Below are positions 28,676 to 37,555 of a DNA stretch of 52,407 nucleotides, one piece after another (the stretch's first letter is position 1; every line of letters starts with the position of its first letter). The translations under genes and the position numbers were made by a program. The DNA lies in the UHGV virus genome UHGV-0113213. The stretch is one strand, 5' to 3'. The notes beneath the pieces were generated by a model, which saw only the letters and a list, made by a program, of their open reading frames with translations, made no database searches and had not been told where the DNA came from. The stretch comes from a virus.

Positions 28676-28903
28676 TTACGTTTCTTCCGTAAAAGTAACC
28701 TTCATCGCCCCATCCGAACTACGGACAACATAACGACCAATACCGCCTAGCGGCCCTGCATACCATAAGTGACCGTAAGTGTCAGTCACGACGATAAACG
28801 GAAATTTAGGAGACAATCCCATCGGTTTTTCAGCCGTGTACTGTGCTCCTTCCTCAAAACAACCTAATCCCGATTCGTTACACGTTAAAATCATTTTATG
28901 CAC
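28676..28903 (-). CDS. paralog family protein P4 (C..S..CF..G..Y... GxxW[YF])
   Basis: Shares a motif with the next three genes. Confidence 0.45.
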   Translation of the reverse strand: MHKMILTCNESGLGCFEEGAQYTAEKPMGLSPKFPFIVVTDTYGHLWYAGPLGGIGRYVVRSSDGAMKVTFTEET

Positions 28904-29135
28904 CTACATACGAAAACGCAGCAAAAGCACCACCACAAGCCCGCGCATAAACAAGCGCAGTTCCACATCCCATCTTATAAAATCGCCATAACTGGCCCTG
29001 GTCGTCAGTAATGGCGTGAATATATTCCTGATCCTTTGCGTCAAACAATGCCGCTCCGACTTCGTAGATCTTGCCATTCTTAAAAAACGCGCTGCATCGT
29101 GAGTATGTGCACTGGTATCTCTGATTCTGTCTCAT
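28896..29135 (-). CDS. paralog family protein P3
   Basis: See P4 (28676-28903). Confidence 0.45.
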   Translation of the reverse strand: MRQNQRYQCTYSRCSAFFKNGKIYEVGAALFDAKDQEYIHAITDDQGQLWRFYKMGCGTALVYARACGGAFAAFSYVGA

Positions 29136-29144
29136 AACACTACC

Positions 29145-29360
29145 TCACCACTTAACAAAACGCGCGATCGGTTCCGTACTGAACTGGCTGGCAACGTGTC
29201 CACGCGCGTAACAATCCCAATAGCGCCACGCGTCTCCGTGGTCGTCTTTAATGTATTGGGTGTTAAGTTCATCACCAGTCAGGTGAGCTACGGTATATAT
29301 TCCGCCAACCTCAAAGCATGATGATTTTGATTCAGTGCATCTAACATACATGATATTCAT
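29145..29360 (-). CDS. paralog family protein P2
   Basis: See P4 (28676-28903). Confidence 0.45.
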   Translation of the reverse strand: MNIMYVRCTESKSSCFEVGGIYTVAHLTGDELNTQYIKDDHGDAWRYWDCYARGHVASQFSTEPIARFVKW

Positions 29361-29581
29361 TCCTTATTTGCATTTATAAATAGCGCAACTGGCACACCAT
29401 TACCGCCAACGCCATCAACGAATCCGCTACCATTGAGATCGTTATAAAAAAACCACGGATCGCCATCTTCATCATAAATGTACTGAATATCGTTAGTTCT
29501 GCTTATTAGCGTTTCTATGTCGTAAATCTCATCAACCACAAAAAGATTAGGGAAACGAGACTTTATACATTTTACAAACAT
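29357..29581 (-). CDS. paralog family protein P1
   Basis: See P4 (28676-28903). Confidence 0.45.
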   Translation of the reverse strand: MFVKCIKSRFPNLFVVDEIYDIETLISRTNDIQYIYDEDGDPWFFYNDLNGSGFVDGVGGNGVPVALFINANKE

Positions 29582-29832
29582 CAGAAAACCCCTTTATAAT
29601 CGACCGTGTATTTTACCACCAATTTCCACTCGCTATAGTTTTCCATGTCGCGCGGCTGCCAGCCTTTCATGCCTACAGCACTACGCGCAGCGTGGCGGCG
29701 ATAATCGTCATTAAGATCGGCAATGCACCACGGTTGAAGGAAGAACATATAATTCGCTTCGTTAACCAGAATAGCCATCATCCGTCCAGTGGCCTTATCT
29801 TTCGCCCTGAAATAACTTACCTTGATTTTCAT
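29581..29832 (-). CDS. hypothetical protein
   Basis: ORF. Confidence 0.35.
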   Translation of the reverse strand: MKIKVSYFRAKDKATGRMMAILVNEANYMFFLQPWCIADLNDDYRRHAARSAVGMKGWQPRDMENYSEWKLVVKYTVDYKGVF

Positions 29833-30044
29833 TTTAATACCTCGTCGATCAGCATTTCTTCTTCCAGGTTAGCCGGACGTTTACGGAATATCCCGGCAAA
29901 AACCAGGTCATCAAGTAGGTCTTTGCGTTTAAATAGCCACTCTTTCATTATTACCCCGTCATCGCTGCGATATACGACGCCGTTTTTCAAAAAATAAAAA
30001 GTGCTGGTATTTGTTTGAAGGTATAAATCTTCGTAAACGTCCAT
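29829..30044 (-). CDS. hypothetical protein
   Basis: ORF. Confidence 0.35.
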   Translation of the reverse strand: MDVYEDLYLQTNTSTFYFLKNGVVYRSDDGVIMKEWLFKRKDLLDDLVFAGIFRKRPANLEEEMLIDEVLK

Positions 30045-30048
30045 GATA

Positions 30049-30276
30049 TTAACCCTCGACTACTTGCAAGCCGCGCCCCTTATCGCCTACGAAGTCGCCC
30101 AGGCTAAACGTATATGACCACGCCGGGTTAATGTAGTAATCATCAGCACCGTGAGCGATAAGGTCTTTACCCAAAATGACGCAGGTCACATCATCAGAAT
30201 GAACAACGTCTACCGTTTCCCCTACCACGCGTTTTAATGATGGGTAGCCGTGATCGTGCAAGAATTTAACTTTCAT
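30049..30276 (-). CDS. hypothetical protein
   Basis: ORF. Confidence 0.35.
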   Translation of the reverse strand: MKVKFLHDHGYPSLKRVVGETVDVVHSDDVTCVILGKDLIAHGADDYYINPAWSYTFSLGDFVGDKGRGLQVVEG

Positions 30277-30560
30277 ATTTCTTTCCCTTTATAAGTAACA
30301 GCATCAGCGATCAACAATACCGCCAGCAATTCACCGTCATGTAACGGGTCTGGAATAGCAAAAAATATGTCGCTGTTTTTGTCCGGCACTACTACGCGCA
30401 TATTTCCCTGTTTGTCTTCATGCACGAACCACGGCTTTTCGTGTGGCTCAAACATGCCGAAAAGTAATTTAAGATCTATTTCTTCACCCTTCGTGAATAA
30501 CGACACATCAGTTGTAGTGATAACTAACGCTTTCTGATCTGCTGTTTTCTTCGCTCTCAT
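30273..30560 (-). CDS. hypothetical protein
   Basis: ORF. Confidence 0.35.
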   Translation of the reverse strand: MRAKKTADQKALVITTTDVSLFTKGEEIDLKLLFGMFEPHEKPWFVHEDKQGNMRVVVPDKNSDIFFAIPDPLHDGELLAVLLIADAVTYKGKEI

Positions 30561-30835
30561 TCCTCTGTCTCCCAGCGGTCTATGCTGATTAAAAAGTCCC
30601 GGATAGCGTGTCGCTCGTCGCGCGTCGGTTTACGCTTCCGGTAAATTTTGAAATCGAACCATTCTTTTTCTTGTTCGAAGTCCAGATCGTAAGCAAGCGC
30701 CTCGATATATCCGCAGTCGTGATACTGGTAAGCCACGCCAGCACGAACAAAAAAGCGGGTTTTATCCCGCTTGTGTTCATAGATACACATATTTGCCCCA
30801 CTATGCAGTTGTGTAACTATCAACCAGCTTTTCAT
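30557..30835 (-). CDS. hypothetical protein
   Basis: ORF. Confidence 0.35.
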   Translation of the reverse strand: MKSWLIVTQLHSGANMCIYEHKRDKTRFFVRAGVAYQYHDCGYIEALAYDLDFEQEKEWFDFKIYRKRKPTRDERHAIRDFLISIDRWETEE

Positions 30836-31031
30836 CCTTCATTCTGGAAAGCTGCATGATATTCATCGTGTAGCCGTTGTCAGAGAAAAGCCACTCCGCA
30901 GCCTTGCGACGAAAAACAATATCATCATGGTTACGTGTCCATGTAGCTATCACAACGCGTTTCCCGTTAGTGGCGAACATAGATAACGCGTTATCAACTA
31001 CGTCGATAGCCTGCCAGATTTTTAGTTCCAT
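30801..31031 (-). CDS. hypothetical protein
   Basis: ORF. Confidence 0.3.
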   Translation of the reverse strand: MELKIWQAIDVVDNALSMFATNGKRVVIATWTRNHDDIVFRRKAAEWLFSDNGYTMNIMQLSRMKDEKLVDSYTTA

Positions 31032-31387
31032 GATTTATCTCCGTAGATTTTGAATAGTTCACACGCTTCCTGATTTTCAAGTATATTCATATGCAGGTCA
31101 CGCAGGCGGCGCATTGTGCGGAATCGCGGTCTGAACTCCTGGCTACGTTTAATGTATTTGCCGCCAATTGAATAAATATGCCCGTATGCGTACCATCTGT
31201 TGCCTACCCATATATCATATTCTTTTCCTTCGTAATTAAATTTTATAGTTAGCTCGCCTACTTCAACTATTAACCCTTTATCAATGATGTCATTAAGCAT
31301 TTCGTCCCATTCTTTGAGGAATGGTTGCTGATAAAAACCAAAAAGCGTATTTGCAGCATGGCAAAGATAATCAATGATTATTTGCAT
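31022..31387 (-). CDS. hypothetical protein
   Basis: ORF. Confidence 0.35.
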   Translation of the reverse strand: MQIIIDYLCHAANTLFGFYQQPFLKEWDEMLNDIIDKGLIVEVGELTIKFNYEGKEYDIWVGNRWYAYGHIYSIGGKYIKRSQEFRPRFRTMRRLRDLHMNILENQEACELFKIYGDKSWN

Positions 31388-31391
31388 ATTA

Positions 31392-31628
31392 TCACCACAT
31401 CATGTAATAAACGTTCTCGTCAGCTAATGCGTCCGCTACATCCTGCGTCATGTGCCTGACTTCAAGGAAAAAATCCTCATCATGCCATTCACTAACAAGC
31501 ATACGCGCCCATTTACGGCGGCGGCGCTTATTGTGTCGTAGATCATCAAAAGTCATTAATGCTTTGTCATATGCCCTTACAAGGCGTTTACGGTTACTTT
31601 TCATTGCTCGACCCACCTTAACATCCAA
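31392..31628 (-). CDS. hypothetical basic protein
   Basis: ORF. Confidence 0.35.
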   Translation of the reverse strand: MDVKVGRAMKSNRKRLVRAYDKALMTFDDLRHNKRRRRKWARMLVSEWHDEDFFLEVRHMTQDVADALADENVYYMMW

Positions 31629-31912
31629 TTCACATCACATTTAATTGCGAATACTCTCACCGGATCAGTGCCGAATAATGGATGTGTGATAGTTTTCACT
31701 TCGTACCCAAAATAAGGAAGGTTAATAATCCTGTGTTTTTCGTGGTTGGCAGGGTATCCCCATTTAATAATCAGGCGCTCATATTCCCGCCCTTCCAGAC
31801 GTTTACGCCAATAGTCATTATAAAGCCGGTATTCCTCCACCTTCTTTCCCGCCCGGATAGCGTGGAAATATTCCCCTTTCAGATTCAAATGCAGGTCTTT
31901 ACTTGCCATCGC
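31601..31912 (-). CDS. ASCH/DUF3850-like protein
   Basis: DLHLNLKGEYFHAIRAGKKVEEYRL resembles the ASCH N-terminal motif. Confidence 0.4.
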   Translation of the reverse strand, partial: AMASKDLHLNLKGEYFHAIRAGKKVEEYRLYNDYWRKRLEGREYERLIIKWGYPANHEKHRIINLPYFGYEVKTITHPLFGTDPVRVFAIKCDVNWMLRWVEQ

Positions 31913-32081
31913 TATGATCCTGTAAACAGTCGTTATAGCCTTCAATATATCCGGTTAATCCGGTATTACTCACTGACCATTCAGCCGAACGGCGTTTGAT
32001 GGCCTTGTCCATCGTCATTTCATCGCCTGGTCCGCCTGGCTCAATGTATTTTCTTAAATCCCTTACTATCCACGCCATCAA
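31899..32081 (-). CDS. hypothetical protein
   Basis: ORF. Confidence 0.3.
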   Translation of the reverse strand: MMAWIVRDLRKYIEPGGPGDEMTMDKAIKRRSAEWSVSNTGLTGYIEGYNDCLQDHSDGK

Positions 32082-32156
32082 TGATGCGTATCACTGCACA
32101 CACGCGCCGTTAATGTCAGGTCATTGACCAGCTTTGCAAATAGATGTTCTTTTAAT

Positions 32157-32504
32157 TTAGGCTTCATTGTCGTCACCTTCGAAATACTGCTCAATCGCAC
32201 GTTTGACGTTCATTTCTCGCTGATAATTGTTACCGCTATAGATTGCGGCTGCCGATACGTGATCGATAATTTGCTGTAATAAATAAGGATGAATTTTTAT
32301 TTTTTCATCAAGGACAATGCGAGATGGCTTAGGTGCTGTAGCAATATCATCAACGATTTCTATCTCACCACCTCCGCCGCAGCGAGGACAAACGAATTTA
32401 TCACCTTGATACAGCATGATGCCGCAACCTTTTTCGGTTTTTACGACCATGCCATCGTCGTCGCAGTTTTCGCAATACAGCCACCGAATATTAATTATTT
32501 TCAT
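32157..32504 (-). CDS. zinc-ribbon protein (CxxC...CxxC)
   Basis: CENC...CPRC. Confidence 0.35.
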   Translation of the reverse strand: MKIINIRWLYCENCDDDGMVVKTEKGCGIMLYQGDKFVCPRCGGGGEIEIVDDIATAPKPSRIVLDEKIKIHPYLLQQIIDHVSAAAIYSGNNYQREMNVKRAIEQYFEGDDNEA

Positions 32505-32694
32505 TGTCGTTACTCCGTCCGTAAATATGGACAGGCTCAACTGGTACTGCTGGCAATTCGCCATCATTTAACTCGCTCGCCATGCCTAATATTAAACGCG
32601 CTTCAGCACCAGTGACTTTCTTGCACCATGCGTCGCCTGTTTTATCTTCAAATAAGATAACGGCAAACTGATCGTTTATTTCCAGCTTATCCAT
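32491..32694 (-). CDS. hypothetical protein
   Basis: TAATG coupling to Q. Confidence 0.35.
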   Translation of the reverse strand: MDKLEINDQFAVILFEDKTGDAWCKKVTGAEARLILGMASELNDGELPAVPVEPVHIYGRSNDNENN

Positions 32695-33422
32695 TATTCA
32701 CCCCGTGTCACTCGTTTGATTTCGCTTTCCGCGCGAGATTCTTCTTTGAATAGCTCCGCTATGGCGTCTTCATAGAAAACCCTGTATTTCTTCCACCATG
32801 TTGATCTGCTTACCGGGAAAACAAGCTGGTTAACAGCCTGCCGGACGAGATCTACAGGGAAACGCGAGTACCCGCGCCCGCCGCAGTGCTGGCACGTTTT
32901 GAATACTGGCATTTCCGCCGCTTCGCTGGCTGCTTTATCCGGTACTTCGCCACGCCCCTTGCACCTCTGGCAATGGTTTTTAACGTAGCCTTTGCCGTTG
33001 CACCGCGAGCAAACTGTCGATGTGTATTCACAATATGGATTCGGTAAAAGCCCGTTACCTCCGCACTTAGGGCAAACCTTTTCGGTAGCCGCACTTTGGC
33101 AGTAATCCCGAAACGCGAAAACGGCAACAAGAATAATAAGATCATTGCGTTGTTCTTCATTTAATTCCATCACGTATTCGTAATCTTTCGCCATAACCCT
33201 TAAACGCTCTGTAAGCAAAATTACGGCCCTGTGTTTTTCAGCTTGCGATAGCTCCATTTTCCCTAAAAAAGCACTATAGCCAAGCTCTACGCGCGATTGC
33301 GCCATACCAGCGGCGGTAAGCGCATCCGTCGTATTAAGTGCATCCGGGGATGTTCCCCGGCTTTCGTCTGATAATCGCGGTGATTTGGGAAAGTGGAATT
33401 TCAGAATGGATTCTAAATTCAT
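32694..33422 (-). CDS. Q: late antiterminator Q (lambda Q family)
   Basis: MNLESILKFHFPKSPRLSDESRGTSPDAL...AAGMAQS matches the lambda Q N-terminus; Cys4 zinc site. Confidence 0.85.
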   Translation of the reverse strand: MNLESILKFHFPKSPRLSDESRGTSPDALNTTDALTAAGMAQSRVELGYSAFLGKMELSQAEKHRAVILLTERLRVMAKDYEYVMELNEEQRNDLIILVAVFAFRDYCQSAATEKVCPKCGGNGLLPNPYCEYTSTVCSRCNGKGYVKNHCQRCKGRGEVPDKAASEAAEMPVFKTCQHCGGRGYSRFPVDLVRQAVNQLVFPVSRSTWWKKYRVFYEDAIAELFKEESRAESEIKRVTRGE

Positions 33423-33604
33423 TATTTACCCCCATAGCGAGCAATAAGGCGTTTGCGATCAGAAATGGTTTGCACCAGTTTTCTTTCAAGCTCTTTCAGC
33501 GCAAGTAATTCCTGCATGTGAAAAGCCTGGATTCGTCTGACTGTCGCTAAATCATGCTCGTCACGTTGAACATCTATTTGCAGATCTTTAATTTCGTTTT
33601 TCAT
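33422..33604 (-). CDS. hypothetical 60 aa coiled-coil protein
   Basis: ORF. Confidence 0.35.
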   Translation of the reverse strand: MKNEIKDLQIDVQRDEHDLATVRRIQAFHMQELLALKELERKLVQTISDRKRLIARYGGK

Positions 33605-34008
33605 TGCTCACCCCACATATTAGTCGCATATTCGTTAATATCCGGTAGCAGGTCGCCGCGTTCGCATACCTTAATAAACAATCGCCCGCCTTTTACCTTC
33701 CGGCAGCGGACAATTTTTATTGAGTCGATTTGCCCATCATCATTCCAGAATCCGGCACAAGTAAGGCTGTCAAAAAGGCATTTTGGGATATTATCAAGAT
33801 CTCTGACCCGGTTATCCGGCGGCGCGGCATAAATGGCGATTGCCAGTCGGCAAGATAGGTTAATGTCTAAATTTAATAATTCGATGATGTCTTTTACTTG
33901 TTCCCGGTATTCCTTCCCCACTTCGCTGATATAGTGAAAACCTCGTGAATGTCGGTAATATCGGTTATTAGATGGCGGGTAAGGTAGGCTAAATGTATAC
34001 TCGTTCAT
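33601..34008 (-). CDS. rusA: Holliday junction resolvase RusA
   Basis: LPYPPSNNRYYRH...DLDN..K...D.L...GFW.DD matches RusA. Confidence 0.85.
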   Translation of the reverse strand: MNEYTFSLPYPPSNNRYYRHSRGFHYISEVGKEYREQVKDIIELLNLDINLSCRLAIAIYAAPPDNRVRDLDNIPKCLFDSLTCAGFWNDDGQIDSIKIVRCRKVKGGRLFIKVCERGDLLPDINEYATNMWGEQ

Positions 34009-34610
34009 GCTGCCTTTCTCCTTAAGGCGTCCAATTTTGCCTGATAGATGTTTATTAGCTCCTTACATTCTGCGATCGTCCATTTATGCGTATCATTGTT
34101 GTTCTCCAGCGCTTCCACCCTGGCGAGGCCAATTTTTCGAATCAGTGCTGGGCGATAGGCTTGTATGTTTCCGTCTAATGTCTGATTGCAGTGCCTACAT
34201 TGTTTATGGACGTTATCTTCATTGAAGCGAAGGTGTCCGGCGGCGGCGACCGTCCTGTAATGCCCCGCATCGTATCCGCATTGCTCACCGTAGTAAGTCC
34301 CGCAGGATATGCACGGCAACCGCGCGTCACGTTCGCGGATATAGGCATTAAATACCGCTTGTGCCTGCTTTAACCAATAGCTACGCGGATTTAACTGCTT
34401 CCGCTTCCGGTTGCGTTCTTCCCGCTGGCTATCACGGCGTTTCTTCCGTTCCATAGCCTTCATAGCCTTCTCACGGTCGCGGCATAACTGGTCAAATTTC
34501 AGTTCTTCCAGGCATTCGTCGCTGCACCACGTTTGATTGTGATATTTAGGCTCAAAAAAAACGCCGCAGCATTTGCAACGGCGTCTTATTGGTTTCTTAG
34601 GGTTTTGCAT
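34005..34610 (-). CDS. ninG: NinG / Rap recombination endonuclease
   Basis: RRRCKCCG, PRSYWLKQAQ, LPCISCG, DAGHYRT, RFNE.N.HKQC are conserved with lambda NinG. Confidence 0.85.
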   Translation of the reverse strand: MQNPKKPIRRRCKCCGVFFEPKYHNQTWCSDECLEELKFDQLCRDREKAMKAMERKKRRDSQREERNRKRKQLNPRSYWLKQAQAVFNAYIRERDARLPCISCGTYYGEQCGYDAGHYRTVAAAGHLRFNEDNVHKQCRHCNQTLDGNIQAYRPALIRKIGLARVEALENNNDTHKWTIAECKELINIYQAKLDALRRKAA

Positions 34611-34624
34611 AAAAACCACCCCAA

Positions 34625-34801
34625 TTATTTTTGATTCTCTGTTTCGTTCAGCCTTTCGGCGTGTCCGGCCCTTAGCGAGTGATCTACACATTCGTTGTAC
34701 TCGTTACATTCTCCTTTTTTCGTGCTGCATACATTGCACATTGCACGCATGACGCTTTCTCGTTCATAGTCGTCATGCCATTGGTAATCATCAAAAGACA
34801 T
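34625..34801 (-). CDS. hypothetical Cys-rich 58 aa protein
   Basis: RBS AAAGGAGAGAGC; lies directly downstream of the nut-like site. Confidence 0.45.
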   Translation of the reverse strand: MSFDDYQWHDDYERESVMRAMCNVCSTKKGECNEYNECVDHSLRAGHAERLNETENQK

Positions 34802-34830
34802 AATGCTCTCTCCTTTTCAGGTGATTTCTA

Positions 34831-34863
34831 CGCATTTCAGCGCTGCCGGATTTTTAAAGAGCA
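34831..34863 (-). promoter_or_regulatory. nut-like site: boxA TGCTCTTTAAAAATCCGG plus boxB-like hairpin CGCTGAAATGCG
   Basis: The boxA matches the nutR candidate (43322-43339) base for base over 18 nt. Confidence 0.55.
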
Positions 34864-34879
34864 TTTTGTTTGCTTGAAG

Positions 34880-34959
34880 TATACAAAATGGATACCCCCA
34901 AACAAGGCAAAAAGCGCCATTATGTGATCCGCATCACGCAATGATGCCATTTTGTAAAC
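34880..34959. promoter_or_regulatory. promoter region: TATACAAAATGGA ... CRP-like TGTGATCCGCATCAC ... CCATTTTGTAAAC
   Basis: Inverted motif pair flanks the palindrome. The minus-strand reading gives -10 TATACT. Confidence 0.45.
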
Positions 34960-34960
34960 T

Positions 34961-35725
34961 TTAGTCCGGTAAAATGCGGTTAAGCGTAGTACGAGTGATG
35001 GCCCGGTCGTTAGCCAGGAATACAGCACGGGCAAAGCCGCGCGGCGTTAGTGAGCGGATCATCTTAGTGCGTTTCGACTCTCCTCCTAACTTCGCGTGCT
35101 GTTTGCTGTCTTCCCATTCATCCGGCATAGGTACAGGCCGGAATAGCGGCTGCTTAAATCCATTCCCGCACCAGATACAAGTTTTCTTCGTGTATGCGTC
35201 GCGGGCAGCTATGTATTCAGGGAAAGCAGGGTGTTTGTCGTCTTCAGGCAGGTAGCCACCGTAAGCGCACGGGTTGAAGATAAAATCAGGTTTGCGCCAT
35301 AACGTTGACAGCGCACCTACCGGATTTTCCACCATCCACGGGACGTGGTACATATCAGCAAGCGTTTCTACCAGTTTTGCGTTGTATACCGCCTTCTGCT
35401 GGAAGTAAGGTTCTTTTTTCCGCTTATCAGCAAACCAGCGAGCGCCGGACACCGCAAGATCGTCGCACGGAGGAAAGCCCAGGATAATGTCAGGATCTGG
35501 ATAAACAGACAATTCAGGGGAGAACATTACCAGGAAATGGCTGTCAATCCATACGTTGATATACTCAATGTTCGGATGAATGATTTTGACGCCTTCATAA
35601 TCGCCGTGATTAGCGCCATCATAGTTGAAGCAATAGCATTTATAACCAGCGTCGGCCCAATCTTTAACGGCGTATCCGCTGCCGTCGTACAGCGACCACA
35701 CCACCCAATTTCTAAGCCCACTCAT
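34961..35725 (-). CDS. C5-cytosine DNA methyltransferase-like protein (short, no obvious TRD)
   Basis: GFPPC (motif IV PC), ENPVGA (motif VI ENV-like), LYDGSGY (motif I-like). Confidence 0.4.
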   Translation of the reverse strand: MSGLRNWVVWSLYDGSGYAVKDWADAGYKCYCFNYDGANHGDYEGVKIIHPNIEYINVWIDSHFLVMFSPELSVYPDPDIILGFPPCDDLAVSGARWFADKRKKEPYFQQKAVYNAKLVETLADMYHVPWMVENPVGALSTLWRKPDFIFNPCAYGGYLPEDDKHPAFPEYIAARDAYTKKTCIWCGNGFKQPLFRPVPMPDEWEDSKQHAKLGGESKRTKMIRSLTPRGFARAVFLANDRAITRTTLNRILPD

Positions 35726-36225
35726 TTCCTACCCTCGAACGTAAAGTAGCGGCGCATGATGATAGTGATCACCGTTACCGCCGCCATTTTTGAGATGAAT
35801 TGCATAGCTGATATTTCCGGCATGAATGCCATAAACGATAGCGTTGGGAAAATTAACGCATCGCCAATGGCGGACGCTATATTTGCAGGCCAGCGTTTAG
35901 AATCGAAATCACCAGGTAAAACCCGGTAAACGCCGCCAGAAATAAGCGCACCGGAAACAACCGCGACGAATGACGCGATCGCCACCATTCCGGCGTCGTA
36001 ATTTATCAGCACCGTGATTGCGCCAGCGGCGGCGCATGTTGTAGCCGACCATTTAAGGCCGCCGTCATATAACAGAAAATCACGAATCATCATATTGACA
36101 CACACGGCGGCTACCGTGGTGATCGGAATTACCCACGGGCCACAGTGGTTAACAATAAGATTGATGATAACGAAAACGGCGACATAAACGCAGGCTAATA
36201 ACCTGTCAATTGCCACCATCTTCAT
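35722..36225 (-). CDS. YhhQ/DUF165 (queuosine-precursor transporter family)-like membrane protein
   Basis: SKRWPANIASAIGDALIFPTLSFMAF aligns with YhhQ SRRWWLAPTASTLFGNVSDTLAFFFIAF; polytopic. Confidence 0.5.
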   Translation of the reverse strand: MKMVAIDRLLACVYVAVFVIINLIVNHCGPWVIPITTVAAVCVNMMIRDFLLYDGGLKWSATTCAAAGAITVLINYDAGMVAIASFVAVVSGALISGGVYRVLPGDFDSKRWPANIASAIGDALIFPTLSFMAFMPEISAMQFISKMAAVTVITIIMRRYFTFEGRK

Positions 36226-36400
36226 TTAGCTCTTCCTCCCGATACGCTAATATCTGTTCGGCCTTAAGCGCGTTATAAGCAATAAGGTCTATAAGAGTGT
36301 CGAGCGGATCAGTTCCATTAGCGAGAATAGCCCCTAAACGCGCTTCCTTGAGGCAAATCATTAGATCCCATACATCAAGTGGGGTTAAATTCGCATTCAT
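36206..36400 (-). CDS. hypothetical protein
   Basis: ORF. Confidence 0.35.
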   Translation of the reverse strand: MNANLTPLDVWDLMICLKEARLGAILANGTDPLDTLIDLIAYNALKAEQILAYREEELNEDGGN

Positions 36401-36517
36401 CTTAGCGTTGAAAATAGCCGCTATTTTTGGCGCTGATTTTTCTTCTTTTCGATCGTATCCGTTTTGCTCCCTCTTGCCTCGATAGTTTCAGCCGCAAGTC
36501 TCAGCAATTCAGCCGCT

Positions 36518-37057
36518 TTATTCATTTTCTGCACCTCTTGCATATAGCTCTTTACGTGTTATCTGCGTGAAAATACATTCATGTCTGCATCGTGGATGCC
36601 AGATCAGGAACAAGCTCCCCTTATTGTTCCCGCTTACTGGTTTCCCTGTTGCAGCATTGATAAACGCCAGCCGCCCGCGCGTGATTAATCGGCATTCGTT
36701 TGCCGTCTCCACGCCGTTCATAAACCAGCTAACAGAAATGTCAGCGGGCAATAACATTACGCATCCGATATGATTTCGGCTGTGTTCAAGCGCCGCTTTA
36801 TCAACGAATGGCCCCGGATTAGAATATGGCGGATTCATCCAGACATACTCACCAGGCATCGCCACCGCTCCCCACGGATAATGGAGCGTGTCCATTTCTT
36901 CGGTTATATATCGCGGTATTAATGCGTTTGCCTTGTTTGCCGCCACATCCGCGACGAACTCGAATTCTCGATCCATTCCTCTAAAAACGGGTTTTGGCGT
37001 TTGCCATAAGTCCTTTATTTCTTTCGGCGTATGGCTGCCGCCGTAATCATTTTTCAT
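36518..37057 (-). CDS. phage N6-adenine DNA methyltransferase (Dam_N6A-like)
   Basis: NPPYS motif IV; size matches phage Dam-like methyltransferases. Confidence 0.7.
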   Translation of the reverse strand: MKNDYGGSHTPKEIKDLWQTPKPVFRGMDREFEFVADVAANKANALIPRYITEEMDTLHYPWGAVAMPGEYVWMNPPYSNPGPFVDKAALEHSRNHIGCVMLLPADISVSWFMNGVETANECRLITRGRLAFINAATGKPVSGNNKGSLFLIWHPRCRHECIFTQITRKELYARGAENE

Positions 37058-37066
37058 TACGCCCCC

Positions 37067-37555
37067 TTAGAAATAATCCTGATCTGTTCCCCAGCGGTTA
37101 TTCAGATACCCCACCAACCACACAAAACGCTCAATACTGATTAGCGGGGCGACCTTGCGATAATGCTTATCTAATATCAGCCGCGTGGCTTTATCGCTGT
37201 AGCCGTTCTTCTCTACCTCCGCTTTGCAGGCCGAAAGCGCGGCGCGGGCGGCAGTCTTTACGGCGTTAAATTGCGGCTCTGACATATTGAATAAGGCCAT
37301 AGGATCACCATGTGTCAGTCCAATCCGGCGCGGCAGTCCAGCAAAAACCAATGAATGCGCTAACAGCCAATAAAGCGCGGGCTGCAAAAAGAATATTCCC
37401 AATGTCGTTAAATTCAGGAAGCGACCACGTAATAAACATAGCCCCAGCATAATAACACCGATAACAGTCATGGCCGCCAGGAAAACAAAAAGCGTAGCCA
37501 AAAGCCACGCCCCCAACCAGTTAAAAAAGCTCTTAAGCATTTTAAACGTCCTCAA
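37067..37555 (-). CDS. membrane protein (3-4 TM)
   Basis: Hydrophobic N-terminal half. Confidence 0.4.
   Translation of the reverse strand: MRTFKMLKSFFNWLGAWLLATLFVFLAAMTVIGVIMLGLCLLRGRFLNLTTLGIFFLQPALYWLLAHSLVFAGLPRRIGLTHGDPMALFNMSEPQFNAVKTAARAALSACKAEVEKNGYSDKATRLILDKHYRKVAPLISIERFVWLVGYLNNRWGTDQDYF

Noticed and set aside
34961-37057. Complete 7-deazaguanine (Dpd) modification pathway
   Set aside because: Only a YhhQ-like transporter homologue is present. No DpdA/TGT-like, QueC/D/E or FolE genes were found in the window, so only a generic modification cluster is claimed.
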